From positions 28,458,001-28,522,000 of the forward strand of contig OX597829.1 of NCBI GenBank assembly GCA_951406725.2: a DNA stretch of 64,000 nucleotides. Direction: 5' to 3'. The position numbers were made by a program, and so were the translations under genes. Position 1 is the stretch's first letter. Every line of letters begins with the position of its first letter. Below, in pieces: positions 38,660-53,339 of the stretch. The notes under the pieces are model-generated. The model had not been told where the DNA came from, ran no database searches, and saw only the letters and a program-made list of their open reading frames with translations. This stretch comes from Octopus vulgaris. Taxonomy: Eukaryota.

Positions 38660-41090
38660 GAAATGTTGCCAGGTACTCACAGCTCTCCACTAGATACACA
38701 GGCCACAAATTTGTGAACTACTCAGTTGATTTACATAGAATACATAGACTGGAAGCTGGTTACTGGAAGTTAAATGTGTCATTACCAGATCACAAAAACT
38801 ATAGGGTTCAGATTAATGAATTACTTAAGTGGTAGGTGATAGAATTGTCCACAGCAAATGTTGGGGCATCCTGAAGAGTACTGAATCAATAGATTTTAAC
38901 AAAGAACTAGAGGTGGAGTAAAACAGATTACAAGACAAACAATTTAGTAATCTAGAAGAGGCAGCTAGTAAAAACATTGCGACTGATGTACTGACAGGGA
39001 GACAGGCTTTTGATCATTTCTTTGATATAAAACACAAAGTTTGTGCTATCAGACTTAAGACATTGCACTAAAATAGGAGTAAACACAATCTGTTTGATTG
39101 CTCCAAATGGCAGAGACATGATGCAGCAACAAAACCACAATTAGATCATTGAATGATTGGGACAACACACACCACATGGTTCTGAGCATATGTATGTGGC
39201 TTTCCAGCGGGTGATGAATTGGAGATTGTACTGGATTTTAGTTCCTAGTTGGATGGTTTGCTGTAGTTCTCAGCAGAAGACGTGGGGTGCAGCAGAAAAC
39301 CAATAACAACAGCTGTAAAATAGATGTGTGGTTGCTCAAGGTGTAAATTGTTTGGTTTTAATGATTTGCCTTCAGGTTTTATGAATTAAAGTCAGATTTA
39401 CTTACTGACCTTTTGGCAGAGGTCTACAGCAACTCATAGTAGAATAAAGGGATGGATTCCTTGTATTCTGAGATTCCTTGCTACTGAGAAAAGAGGCATT
39501 GTAGACAATTTTTGATCCCAAGTTTGTCAAATACTGGGCCATGATGTTAGCCTGACCCAGTATTTGGGCCATGATGTTAGCAAAACGGTTGGTGCTTGTC
39601 ATCTGTAGAACAGTCAAGGAAGAGCAAATACACATAATACAAATAGATCAGTGAATTGGGAGAAGGCAAGCTCAAACAAAGTGGGCTGGAAAATTGCTTC
39701 AAAGTGTTCCAAAGTGTTTTCAGATCAACCCTGACTCCAAGCACAAGACCACCCTGCCTGGCATAGCTGCACTAACAGAGACGTCATCTCCTACAAACAG
39801 ATCAGGATCGCAGGAGCACAAACAAAACATGAGCTGTGCAAGACCAGAGTCAATTTCTTGCATTCATTTCCAGTAGACCAGCAGTTCCCGACCTGCAGCA
39901 AGATTTTCCTTACATGCATCAGCCTGATTGGCCACAACTAGATGCTCCATGATCCATCTTCTTCCATATGATTTTCTGGTCATTGTTGACAACAACAGAT
40001 GAACATTTTCATAAGCATAATAATTGTCATGGTATTAAATACCATCAAATATCAAATGGAGGTATTCAGCCTCCATTTGGTATTTGAGGAATATGAGACA
40101 GTGGTCAGGTCTAAGATCAATCCAGTTACTGAGTTTGCAGCTCAGAATCTAGAGAGACAGGTCCATGATGGTGAATTGTGCATGGGGAGGAATGAACTGA
40201 TGGACTGATTAAACTGCTTGGAGTTTGGATCAGTCCTGATCTTCTGGGTGGCTGGAACTTGGATGAAGTAACAAGCAGGGTGGCTAGTCTTACTGGTTTG
40301 TCTGGGTTAAGCACCAAACTGTTTTCACAAGGTAAAAAGGTCGTGAATTTTAGATCATCTGAGAAGCCATATCACACCACAGCTTCATATCAATACCTAT
40401 AGATCAATCATATAAAACTGTAGTGGCTTACTCGTGATTCCAAACTGAATATTTCACAGTTGGGGTTCGAATTCCTACACTTACATTGCTTCTATTATTT
40501 ACTGATCGCCTATCATACCTTACCCTAGTTACTGCCTAATCAGATTGAGGTGTCTGTTATTAATTTTCCCTCTAAAGGGATATATGTGTTTCATTGACAG
40601 TACCCTCTGCATGGCACTGAGATTGCACCAACTGCAGACATTCTGCACAGTGAATGGATCACCATTCATGAAGTACACCTTTCTGAAGCTCTTCTTCCAC
40701 CAGACCAGCAAATTGATTGCTGAATGTTCCATTCTAGTAATTTATAGAGAATTAGTGGAAAGGAAAAGTGATGATGTTCTCAGGGAAGCTCTGGATGTAG
40801 ATGAAAACAAACTCTCTAGTCTGTTCTGAAGGACTTTTGAATTGGGTACTAGTGCTGTAACTTTGAGAAGTCCTTTGGATTTGTAGTGTTAACAAGGGGC
40901 ACTACCTGTTCAAACTGGGCCTGTCCAAGATGTGTACAGAATTATGAAACCATTTTACACAGACATTACTGATCTGTGCAGTTATGTTGAACAGCTAATG
41001 CTGAATATGGGTCACATCCAGCTGTCAGCTGAGTCCATCATGGTGACTGATCTACCACTACTAGGCAAGTAAGGTAGTTTCCTCTTGTCT
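38660..41090 (+). mobile_element. Tx1/L1-clade LINE ORF2 fossil
   Basis: GHKFV..GYWKLNVSL (APE end), DLLAEVYSN, LAKRLVLV, EYETVVRSKINP, IKLLGVWISPDL, YRELVE..GALPV. Confidence 0.85.
39650..40005 (+). mobile_element. RTE/BovB-like 3' fragment nested in the Tx1 fossil
   Basis: ELGEGK..CFQINPDS..AQDHPAWHS..PTCSKIF..ISLIGH. Confidence 0.7.
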
Positions 41091-41094
41091 GGTG

Positions 41095-41370
41095 GCATGA
41101 CCCATCTTTCTGTCCAATGTCACTTTGTCCAACGTCACTTCATCCATGTCTTTTGGTCTGATGTCTTTTTGTCCTATGATTTTTTTTGTTCAACAACTTT
41201 TTGTCCAATTTTAAATAAACTCTTTAGAAAAAAAGGTGAACATCAAAATCAAATAATCTTTGAGAATTTGTCATTGGATAAAAAAAAATCATTCGACAGA
41301 AGACATTGGACAAAAAGATGTAGAGGAAAATATGTTCGACAAAGTGATGTTAGATGAAAAGACATGCCAC
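41095..41370. mobile_element. foldback/MULE-like MITE with ~15 bp subrepeat arms
   Basis: TTTGTCCAA-type repeats mirrored by TTGGACAAA-type repeats; 9-10 bp direct repeat TGTCTGGTG(G) on both sides. Confidence 0.8.
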
Positions 41371-41650
41371 TGTCTGGTGGTTAAAGCAAAAGCTTTGATC
41401 ATCAGATGGATGAGACAGAAATGAAGGTGAGGGTGCAGATAAAAAAAAAACTCAATTAAAATAAATAAAAGATGCAGTGCTCAATTCCAGAGGGCCAACC
41501 ATCTTAAGATTAAGAATTTAGTCATAATGATTAGAGCAGGGCCTAGTGTGGTGAAGGTTTGATATACATAATGTGGGTGGTGAGATGAATGCAAAAGTGA
41601 AGGTGACATGTGACCAGCAATTCCTAGAAGTAAAAGCCATTGTAGTAGTA

Positions 41651-41703
<53 letters not shown>

Positions 41704-42144
41704 GACAGAGAGACAGAGACAGACAGACAGAGAGCTATTTAAAGACAGATGTAGTGGACCATTTGATAATTAAGGATCTTAGCCATGAATATCAATGGTA
41801 ACAGTGTTAGGATATGAATTAATATCATCCATCTGTTTGTTGTATCCACTTGGGCATGTATGCTATATCTTCAAACAAAGCCCACCTGCCAGTGGATCAG
41901 GCAATCTAGATGCAAATAGGTACCATGGTTATGTTGTGTACAGTTCACTGGCGACCCGTCTGTGGATCAGAGGCTGAAGTGCAGTGGAGAGTGACATCAT
42001 ACTAATCACTTAAGTGACCCTTTTCCTGAATGTCATCTAAGTGTCCGTGTGTATTGTTGCAACACCATCCCAGATTTAAGAGTAGTACATTATTGTAGGG
42101 TTCACCTGAGCTGTGTAGAGGGTTAAAAAATAAAGAAAAATAAA

Positions 42145-42475
42145 GGCACATGGCTCAGTGGTTGGAGCATCAAACTCACGACCATGAGATAGTAAGTTCG
42201 ATTTCTAGATTGGGTTGTATGTTGTGTTTTTGAGCAAGACACTTTATTTCACATTGCTCCAATTTATTCAGCTGTAGAAGTGAGTTGCAATGTTACTGGT
42301 GCCATTCTGTATCAGCCTTTTCCTTTCCCTTGGATAACATCAGTGGCATGGAGAGGAGAGGCTGGTATGAATGGGTGACTGCTGGTCATTCACAAATAAC
42401 CTTGCCCGGACTTTTGCCTTGGAGGGTAACTTTGTAGGTGCAATCTCATGGTCATTCATGACTGAGGGGTTTCTT
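42145..42475 (+). mobile_element. SINE family C (CORE-like); copies at 42737-42970 (-) and 55026-55348 (-)
   Basis: TGGCTCAGTGG..AGTTCGATT..GAGCAAGACACTTTATTTCAC. Confidence 0.8.
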
Positions 42476-43839
42476 TTGTAGAGGGTTAGTGGTTATTAAC
42501 TTCTGAAGTATTTTCTGGATCTGAAGAGTAAAACCAGTCTTTGTTGCATGTGCAATTACCAGCAAAGACCCTCAGCATTCAGACATCTGTTGCATACTGT
42601 CCATTCTGCAACCTCAGACAACCACAGTAGACCAATTATCTCTGCTTGTTTTATCATTTAATTAAACACATACCATTATTTCAGTATTTTTCTTGTCTTG
42701 CAGTGAAACTATACTCCACAATAGCTTAGGATGGGTAAAGGGTAAAGATCCCCTTTGGTCATGAATGACCATAGGATGTACCTAGAACATTACCCTCTGA
42801 GGTACAAGCCTGGGCAAGGTTGTTTATGGAAGACCAGCACTTGTCCGTGCACACCAGCCTCACCTCTCCATGCCACTGATGTTATCCAAGGGAAAGGCAA
42901 AGGCCAATACAGCTTGGCACCAGTAATGATGCAACTCATTTCTACAGATGAGTGAAATAAAGTGTCTTGCTCATTCATCTTAAGAATTCATCAAGATCCA
43001 CTTACATTCATTGCCAAAAATTGATTAGTTCCATCATTATCCCAAACATCAATCTAAGTACACAGCAAAACTCAATACATATAAATATGACTTTTGTAGA
43101 GCTGGTAGAAAATCAGACAAAATGCCTCGTGGTATTTATTCTAGCTTCTGGCATTCTGAGTTCAAATCACACTGTGGTCAGTTTTGCTTTTTATTTTTTC
43201 AGGTTTGATAAATAAAGTACCACACCAGGGTGTTAGACAGAATCATTAGAACCTTGGCTGGGCTACTTTGTATTCGTTCCAGTGCTTTGTATTCTAAGTT
43301 CAAATCCTACAATGGCCTACTTGGATGGGAGACTTAATCCATCACCCTGTTTAACACCACCACCTAGTGGGTGTTGTTAGCAGTGGAGTCCACCCTATAG
43401 CAAATATTTGCGCTAGGTTTTCAGTTTTAGGATACTTTCCTCCTATCCCTCTCTAACACCAATCTTAGAGACTTTACAAAGGATCATGGGTACTGCTGTT
43501 CTTCATGACTAAGACATTAAAGAAGTACAAATATTTATTTGTTCATAACCCTGGCAGCTACATTAGTAATTACAATAATTACCATTAAATTGGTTCTCTG
43601 GTTCTGTTGTGTTCACACCAATCATCCTTATTTCAGCATTGAGATGATTAGCGTTACAACAATAGGCCATTCCCACATTAAAAGTCATCACACATAAGCA
43701 TCCAAGAACCACCACCTGCCACCACCACTACCAGATGGATAACTTTCTTAGCCATCATGGCACAAACTATAAACCTGCGACCACAACAGATGAGAAAACT
43801 AAAATATTTTGGATATTTAAAAAAAATGATTTATCTTTT

Positions 43840-44230
43840 ATTTATTTCAGTCATTAGACTGCAGCCATGCCGGAGCACTGCCTTGAAGAAATTTTAGTCA
43901 AACTAATCGACCCAGTACTTTTCTTTTTCTTAAGTTTGGTACTTATTCTATTGGTCTCTTTTGCGAGACTGATATGTAATTGAGATGTAAACCCACCAAC
44001 ACTGGTTGCTAAGCAGTAGTTGGAGACAAACATAGACACAAACCCACACACACACACACACACTCGTTCATATATATGATGGGCTTCTTTCAGTTTCCAC
44101 CTACCAAATCTACTCATAAAGCTTTGGTCAGCCCAAGGCTATAGTACAAGACACTTGCCCAAGGTGCCATGCAGTGGGACTGAACCTGGAATCATGTGAT
44201 TGGGAAGCAAGCTTACTAATCACACAGCCA
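43840..44230 (-). mobile_element. SINE family A copy
   Basis: Reverse complement of 4067-4510. Confidence 0.85.
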
Positions 44231-44864
44231 CTTACTGGGTTTAAATTAAGGGACAGTGCTTATGGCATTCACAAACCTTAAACCAGTGATATTGATACTA
44301 TTCATGTTCTTCTTAGACCTTTGTGAGTAAGTCAACATATGTGAGAGAGAGATATAATGAGCAGGGAGGAGATTCCAGAGGGCTGATGTTATTGCAAGGA
44401 AAGATAAGATACATGACTTGAGAGGGGGATACAATAAGGTTGATGAGAAGAGAGAAGTATAAGTTGAACAGAAATGATTATAGTAGTGGTAGAAAAGCAG
44501 AGATAGTGAGAGAGAGAGAAAGAAGAGAGAGCACACAATGCATTTATGGGCCAGAGTTTAGAGTGTGCCATCAGTTGGGTGGCCCTTTTCTAGACATCCG
44601 TGTATGCTGCGGAAGTATTAACAATCCTAGATATGAGAGCAATAGACCTTTGTGGATCTCTGTAGAATTCTCCAGATTGTCAATAATTGTTAAGTGAAGA
44701 TAAAAATGAATTGGAGGAATAGGAAAAAAACAAAACAAAAACAAAAATAACACAGATGGATAATATCAAGAATGAAATTGATTTTAAAATACAGGGAATG
44801 TAGAATGATAATCAACAAAGGTTCTCATCTCATCACAGTTTGAATCTACCAAAAACAGACAATA

Positions 44865-45730
44865 GGTGATGATGATGACGATGATGATGACATCAACAAG
44901 GATGACAATTATGACAACAATGATGATAGCAAAGATGATGATGATGATGATGATGATGACGATGATAATGATGACAATGATGATGGTGGTGGTGGTGGTG
45001 ACGATGATGACAATAATGCCGACTGTGATGACAACAACGATGATGACGATAATGACGACGATGGCGATGACGATAACGAAATACCAGCTGCTTTGGTTGT
45101 TCGACACCTTAACTTGGCCTGCAGGTAACACCAATTTAGTTTGGTATCTCACAGCAGAATTGAAATTCTCACTTTGTCCATTGGGGCTCATGAGAAGAGA
45201 GTAACCAATGTTCAGTAACAAACAGGAGGTTGTTATTATCATTTTTCAATTTCTACTTTTGTTTTTGCTTTTTTTTCTTTCTTTCATGGATCTCATACAT
45301 GAAAGAAAAGAAATCCTTATTTTTGTTTTGCTATAGGTTCAGTGCATGGCTGTGTGGTTGAGAAGCTTGCTTTGGAGTCATGTGGTTTCAGGTTCAGATC
45401 TACTGCACAGTACCTTGAGTAATGTGCCTTCTACTACAGCTCTTGGCCAAACAGTGTCCTGTGAAGCACTTTGGTTGATGCAGACCATGTAGAAGCCCAT
45501 TGTTTCTCATCATCATCATCATTACCACCACCGCAACTACCACCACCACCACAACTACAACCACCACCACTACCACAACTACAACAACCACTGCCACCAC
45601 CACTGCTGCCACAACCTCCTCCACCACCACCACCACCACCACCACCACCACCACCACCACCACCACTGGCACCACAACCTCCACCGCCATCGCCGCTGCC
45701 ACAGCCACAGCCACCACCACCACAGCTACA
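44865..45730. repeat. GAT/GAC tract (44865-45080) and CAC tract (45505-45730)
   Basis: Directly visible. Confidence 0.9.
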
Positions 45731-46164
45731 GTACAGAGTGTACTGAATGCGCTTTTATGTGGCACCAGCACAAGAAGGGTTGTCAAGTAACTTGCAAGAG
45801 AGGAAAGAAGAAAAAGGCAAAAGTGGGAGTGGTGGAGTATTTGATGGAATGGAGAGGAGATTTTATATATACCAAGGACAACAGAGGTAGAGGTGTCTTG
45901 CTATAGATAAGATACATGACTACCTTGCATTTTGGTGTGAAAATGGTAGAGATGGAATACCAGAGCAAAACCCTCCAGAAGCAAAAGGTAATGCAGGCAG
46001 TGGCCAGGTGATGGGATAGAGATGGGTGTAGTGAGTGGAGTTGCAGCTTGAAGGGAAATATCGTATGGGCAGAAGTTAAGATGAGAGGTAGCAAATCACT
46101 CAGGAATTGTGGTTCAGGGAGCAGGAGATGATAAGCAAAGCATAGGAGCAGTGGGGAAGGACAT

Positions 46165-46687
46165 GGTGCGTTCTCAAAAATAGTGCTCGTAATACTTTAT
46201 CTCGTTTGGCTTAACAGCCCTTCTTGTCTTGTTATTCTCCTTGTCCTGTCTTTTACTGTTTATATTTTGTACTGTCGTTACTGTCCTGTTTTTGTTACTA
46301 TTTTTACCCCTCCTCAAAAAGATCTCAAATTTTATTTAATTTGCTTTTATCAGGAAGGAAAGTTTCTATCGAAGATGCATATCACCTTCACTTTCAAAAC
46401 GCAGAGTAGATGAAACCATGACGACTGAAGAAGGGGAATTTTCCTTGTGTTATTTGTCCTGTACTCTATTTTTTCGTTGTTTAAGAAAAATGTCCAGTTC
46501 CTTGGTTTTGTGTTTATGTTTCCGTTTCTCATTGTGTTCAACGTTTTTTTTGTGTCCTGTATCCATACATGCATGTATATATACATGTAGAGGTAGGTAC
46601 ATACATATATGTATGTATATATGCATATGTTTTATTTATTAATTTCTTATATGACAGAACGCACGCATCTATTTCTAAGTAAGATTG

Positions 46688-46690
<3 letters not shown>
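46165..46690 (+). mobile_element. copy of the 20130-20615 element
   Basis: Long near-identical stretches. Confidence 0.88.
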
Positions 46691-46759
<69 letters not shown>

Positions 46760-47163
46760 ATATATATATATGTATATATATATGTATATATATATATATA
46801 TATGTATACATATATATGTATATATATATATGTATATATATATGTATATATATATATATGTATATATACATACATATATATGTATGTGTGTGTGTGTGAG
46901 TATAATATTATAAATGATATATAAATATATACATATCGCCTTGATCACCTTGACTGACTTGTCTGTCGGGCGTCCATTTGACACTGCTGGTCAACATAAA
47001 GGACATCCCCTTCATCAGTTGTCCCCTGTTTTATCTACTTCACATTTTGAAGGTAGAGACAAAATGCAACTTCATTAAAACAGTCTTTTCCGCAAAGCAA
47101 ATTTTATTTAATTTGCTTTGCAGGAAAGACTGTTTTAATGAAGTCATGTCTTGTCTCTACTTT

Positions 47164-47199
<36 letters not shown>

Positions 47200-47489
47200 T
47201 GTTTGTCTGTGTGTATGTGTAGGTGTTTGTTTTGTGTTTGTCCATCACAACCACTTGACAACCTGTGTTGGTTTATTTACATCCACATAACATAGCAATC
47301 CAGGCAAAAGAGACTGATAGAATAAGTACCAGGTTTTAAAATAAGCCCTAGTGGTGATTTGTTCAGATAAACCCTCAAGACAGTGCTCCAACATGACCAC
47401 AGTCCAATGACTGAAACAAATAAAAAGTAAAAGGTAAAAAGTAAATAAAATTTAATAACGAAACTTAAAATTAAAAATAAATAAATCAA

Positions 47490-47815
47490 ATGGTTCCGGG
47501 TTCAGTCCCATTGTGTGGCACCTTGAGCAAGTATCTTCTACTATAGCCTCAGGCCAACCAAAGCTTTGTGAGTAGATTTGTTAGACAGAAATTGGTAGAA
47601 GCCTGTCGTATATGTATATATATATATATATTTGTGAGTGTCTGTGTTTGTCCCCCATCCCATTGCTTGACAACGGATGCTGGTGTGTTTATATCCCTGT
47701 AACTTTGCAGTTCAGCAAAAGAGACCAATAGAATAAGTACTAGGCTTACAAAGAATAAGTCTTGGGGTCAATTTTTTCGACTAAAGGCTATTTCAAATGA
47801 CTGAAACAAATAAAA
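47490..47815 (+). mobile_element. SINE family A copy (another 3' half at 47200-47430)
   Basis: Similarity to 4067-4510. Confidence 0.85.
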
Positions 47816-47822
47816 GAATTTA

Positions 47823-47890
<68 letters not shown>

Positions 47891-48625
47891 ATAAGGAGTA
47901 AATATTCAAATGAATATCAATAAAGATGTTATTATCACCAATAAAAATAATTGATAATAATAACAACAAAAATGTAGGTGACAGCAAGTAATAATAGCAT
48001 TCAACAGCTAGAGAATAAAATTTATGATTTTAATTAAGTATAATTACAATAGAGGGGGCATAATGCGCCTACTTGCTGGAGAGAGAAGCTAAATCCTCAA
48101 GTAAACCACTGGATTACACTGAAATATACAACAGACCAAGAGATATTTATAATAGGCTTCCTTTCAGTTTCTATATACTAAAGGCATTGATTAGCCTAGG
48201 TAAAATTGTAAAATTCTTAATGTCAACTTGTGTAAATTTGCCTTCTTTAGAGTCAAGTATATTACTCAGCCATTCTTCTATGAAAATGTAAATTATACTT
48301 TTGTTTCATGTATAATAGAATCTAACTACACAACATGTAGATTTTCCTGGGTTTGATTAACCTGCATTTAGAGCTATTAGAGAAATTAAGAGAAATTAAC
48401 TTTTGTGATTTTTTTAAAGAGCTTACAAAACTCTTTACACAAGATTTTTTTTTTTGACATCACTAAAGAATTCCAAGAGAACGCATGTATCATCTGGCAA
48501 GACAAACTGGAATCTTTTTGTGGCATCGGCAGAAACACATGTAAGAGAAATGTTTAACTAATAACATCACTAATATTTGCAAAATAATAATAATAATAAT
48601 AATGAGGAGGATAATAATAATAATG

Positions 48626-48681
<56 letters not shown>

Positions 48682-49005
48682 AGTAATAATAAATTCTAAG
48701 TAAATCTGGCACTAACACATAAAGCTCCATAAATCTTGAAACCAAAGGAATTGCCACTACCATTTATATAAATGATAGAGTAGAATACTTCAAGAGTTAC
48801 TCAGGAAACTACAGTATGTATGTGTGTGTAATATATTCACACACACACACACGTATGTATATACTCACATACATACAGACGTACATACAAACATACCTAC
48901 ATACATATATACATACATGCATGCATACAAACATACATACATACATGCATATAAACATACATGCATGCATACATGCATACATACATACATACATACATAC
49001 ATACA

Positions 49006-49037
<32 letters not shown>

Positions 49038-50264
49038 AACATACATGCATACATATATGCATACATACATACATACATACATACATACGCATATATTTGA
49101 AAGTCTTCATATTTGTAACTGTGATATTTCCAGATAAATAATGGATAACCTTGGGAAAATCTAACATTTTGAAAAGTCTCATGTAGTTTAAAATGATTGT
49201 ATTAAACAATGTTCAACCAGAACGGATGTAAGACAAAAAATAAATAAATAGTAAAATTAATAAAAATAAAAACAAGCAGGTTTTTTTGGGGAGGTGTTTT
49301 TGTTGTTGTTTGTTTTCATTTTTCTTTTTCTTTTTTTTTTTTTTCAGTGAACTGCTGCCAGCAAAGTGACATTCAGGAGGATTTTTGAAATTTCATATTT
49401 CTTTTCCTTTTTCCTTTCATCAAAGAAATTGCTTTATCATATGATCTCACCATGCTCCACATTGTAGAAGTTTGTTACTATTGGCAACACAGTTACAGTT
49501 TATAAGCTTCCTTTTTTCTTTTCGTTTCTTTTCTTTTTTTTGAAATTTCCAAGTGAATACATAATGCTGATAATGTTACAAAATTGTTCACTTACATCAG
49601 AAGGTTCTTGTTTTATAACCTTAAGCAAGTTACATCTCTTCCTCCATCTTAATGTAAGCTCTTGGGAGACAAAATTTTGCAATCGCCTTTTATTCTATAT
49701 TTATTAAATCTTAATCTTTTAGTTATTTATTTTTCCATAAAACAAAACACATTATGAGGAAAAGAAATCAAAACACTCATATTTTCTTTAAACAAAAGTT
49801 TTAATTTACATTGTTGCTATATCTTAGGAGGGTCATTCTGCCAATAAGAAATACATGCACTGGTTCCACTTCACTTCATTTCATTATTATCAATAGTAAT
49901 ATTTTAAGGCGGCAAGCTAGCAGAATTGTTGGCATGCCTGGTAAAATGCTTAGTGTTATTTCGTCTGTCCTTACATTCTGAGTTCGAATTCTGCTTTTCA
50001 TCCTTTTGGAGTCAGTAAACTAAGCTCCAGATGAGGACAGGGGTCGATTTAATTGACTTGACTCCTCCCCTGAAATTGCTGGCCTTGTGCCAAAATTTAA
50101 AACCATTATTAGTAGTAATTTTTTAAGTTGATGAACTGGCAGAATCATTAGTGCAGTGGACAAAATGCTTAGCAGTATTTCTTCCAACTCTTTACATTCA
50201 AAGTTCAAATCCCACTCAGGTCAATTTTGCATTTCATCATTTCGGGGTTGATAAAATAAAGGCT

Positions 50265-52980
50265 AGTCATTAGTGACTTTAGGCTCAAGGCCAGAAGGAT
50301 ACCAAAAAGCAGACCAATCCAAGAAAGAAGGATTTGGAAGCTAAAGAACCCTTCACATAGTCAGAGATTTAGGGACATCCTCATCAAGAAATTTGATGAA
50401 AGAGCTACAGACATTGGACATAGAAGGTAGCTGGAAATTCATACGGGACAGCTTGCTGAGTGCCACAGACCAAGTCTGCAGATGGTGCAAAGTCCCTTCC
50501 AGACCTAGAGTTACGTGGTGGTGGAATAGTACAGTAGACAAAGCCATTAGAGCAAAGAAACAGGCCTGGAAAGCCTGGAAGGATGGGGGTAGCAGGGAAC
50601 AGTACCAGGTAGCCAAAAGGAAGCTGGGTGGCAGGTATACATAGCCAAGGGCAAAGCAAAAAGAAGTTTGCCAATGTCCAGTAACGTGAGGACCAAAGAA
50701 CTAAGGTATTTCAGATTGCAAGACAGTGTGTGAGAGAAAATTGTGATGTCACAGGAGAGAAATATGTCTGCATGGATGATGGTGAACTTGCTTTTAATGA
50801 TTCGGAAAAGAAAAAAGCTTGGAGAAGCCATTATGAAAGACTGCTGAATGTGGAGAATGAATGGGAGGAGGAGAGCCTGCCAAATGTTGACCCAGTAGAG
50901 GGATCAGCTATCCAAATAGACAGCTCCCTGGCAGATCAAGGAATTAAGGGTACGAAGCCAGGAAAAGCCCCCGGCCCATCAGGAATCACTGCTGAGATGC
51001 TTAAAACATCCGGTGGTGTGGACTATGGCCAAGTCACCTGCATTGTAAACCAGGTAGTTCATGATGGAGTCATACCCAATGACTGGTGTAGCAGCACCAT
51101 AGTCAACTACTACAAGGGTAAAGGTGATGCTCTAGATAGAAATAACTACAGGGGTATCAAACTGCTGGATCATGTGATGAAGGTCACGTAGAGGGTCATA
51201 GCCCATTTCATTAGGGAGAGAGTCTGCTTAGATGAGATGCAGTTCAGTTTTGTGCTGGGTAGAAGCACCACTGATGCCATATTCCTGGTTTGACAACTGC
51301 AGGAGAAATACCTAGCTAAAGATAAATCCCTGTACTTAGCTTTTGTGGACTGGGAGAAAGACTTATTTGTTGGGTGATGCGGAAACTGGAGATTGATGAA
51401 TGTTTAATAAGGGCTGTACAGAGAGGCCATTAGTAAGGTTAGGATTGACAATGAGCATAGTGAAGAATTCTGGGTAGAAGTAGGGGCCCACCAAGGTTCA
51501 TCCCTCAGTCCCCTCTTATTCATCATAGTCCTCCAGGCAATAACAGAGGAATTCCAGATGGGTTGCACCTGGGAGCTCCTCTATGCTGATGACATGGTCC
51601 TCATAACAGAATCACTACCGGAACTAGAAAAGAAATTTAGGGTGTGGAAGCAAGGTTTAGAATCAAAAGGCCTTAGGGTCAATGTAGCAAAGACCAAAGT
51701 TCTAGTAAGTAGGAAGGCGAACCCATCACACACCCCCTCAGGTAGGTGGCCTTGCTCAATCTGTAGAAAAGGTGTAGGTAGAAACTCTGTAAAATGTACC
51801 CAGTGCAAGCTATGGACACATAAGAGGTGCAGCAACATCAAAGGAAGGCTAACCGGGAAGATGGCTTTCGTGTGCGGCAAATGCACAGGGGCAATAAACA
51901 CCATAGATACTCAGAAAACAGATTCCATCACACTCCAGGGGGAGAAAGTAGAAGTAGTTGATAGCTTCCACTACCTAGGTGACCAAGTTAGTAGTGGGGG
52001 TTGATGCTCAGACAGTGTTACCACTAGAATAAGAATACCTGGGCAAAGTTTAGAAAGCTTCCACCCCTACTGGTGACAAAGGGTCTCTCACTCAGAGTGA
52101 AAGGTAGATTGTACAATGCATGTGAGCGAACTGCCAGGCTTCACAGTATTACTGCGGAGGGCATGCGTAGGCTCGAAAGAAATTAAGCTAGCATGATCTG
52201 CTGGATATGTAATGTCAGTGTGCACACAAGACAGAGTATAAGTGCCTTGAGAGAAATGTTGGACATAAGAAGCATCAGCTGTGGCATGCAAGAGATATGT
52301 TTGCACTGGTATGGTCATGTACTATGGATGGATGAGGAGAGATGTTTGAAGAAGTGCCACTCCAAAACAGTTGAAGGAATCCAGAGTAGGGGTCGACCCA
52401 GGAAGACATGGGATGAGGTTGTCAAGCATGACCTTTGAACACTGGACTTCACAGAGGCAATAACGAAAGACCAAGACCTCTGGAGATATGCTGTGACTGC
52501 GAAGACCCGACAAATAAAGTGAGTTCATGGCAGTATCCTACACCAGTTTCGCATAACTAGACCCAGCCCATCAAAAGTACCTTGGATTGTAGGACGACCT
52601 GCTGTGCTTGAGGAGATCTATTGAGTCAAGTTCATCAACATCAAAATAAAAATCAAATGGAAATTGTAGTTGTCATACCTGTGCCGGTGACATGTAAAAA
52701 GCACCATCCGAACGTGGCCAATGCCAGCACCACTATTGACTGGCTTCTGTGCCGGTGGCATGTAAAAAACACCAACCAATCATGGCGGTTGCCAGCCTCC
52801 TCTGGCACATAAAAAGCACCCACTACACTCACAGAGTGGTTGGCGTTAGGAAGGGCATCCAGCTGTAGAAACACTGCCAGGTCAAACTGGAACCTGGTGC
52901 AGCCTCCTGGCTTCCCAGACCCCAGTTGAACCGTCCAACCCATGCTAGCATGGAAAACAGACGTTAAATGATGATGATGA
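50265..52980 (+). mobile_element. RTE-clade LINE, 5' truncated RT pseudogene with PHD-like insert, 3' UTR and (GAT)n tail
   Basis: TWWWN, GKAPGPSGITAEMLK, NYRGIKLL, HQGS.LSPLLF, LLYADD, FHYLGD, WYGHV, RGRPRKTW; several stops. Confidence 0.95.
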
Positions 52981-53035
52981 TATATACATATACATATATA
53001 TATATACATATATATATATACATATATATATACAC

Positions 53036-53116
<81 letters not shown>

Positions 53117-53262
53117 TATATATATATACATATAAAAGTAAATAAATGGCACAACGAAGCACCGATATTTACTGCCATTTATTTACTTTTATATGTATAA
53201 TTTTACCCTCATGGACTATCCTTTACTGGAAAGTAATACTCTCGTATTGCATTACTATTTTC

Positions 53263-53298
<36 letters not shown>

Positions 53299-53339
53299 GT
53301 AACTATGGTATAATTATAAACGGCAAATTTTAGTCATTT

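Noticed and set aside
39240-40050. Minus-strand frame with only TGA stops and a VGDD word, suggesting an endogenous RNA virus or stop recoding
   Set aside because: The plus strand decodes as Tx1 RT and a nested RTE 3' end; the minus frame is an antisense shadow.
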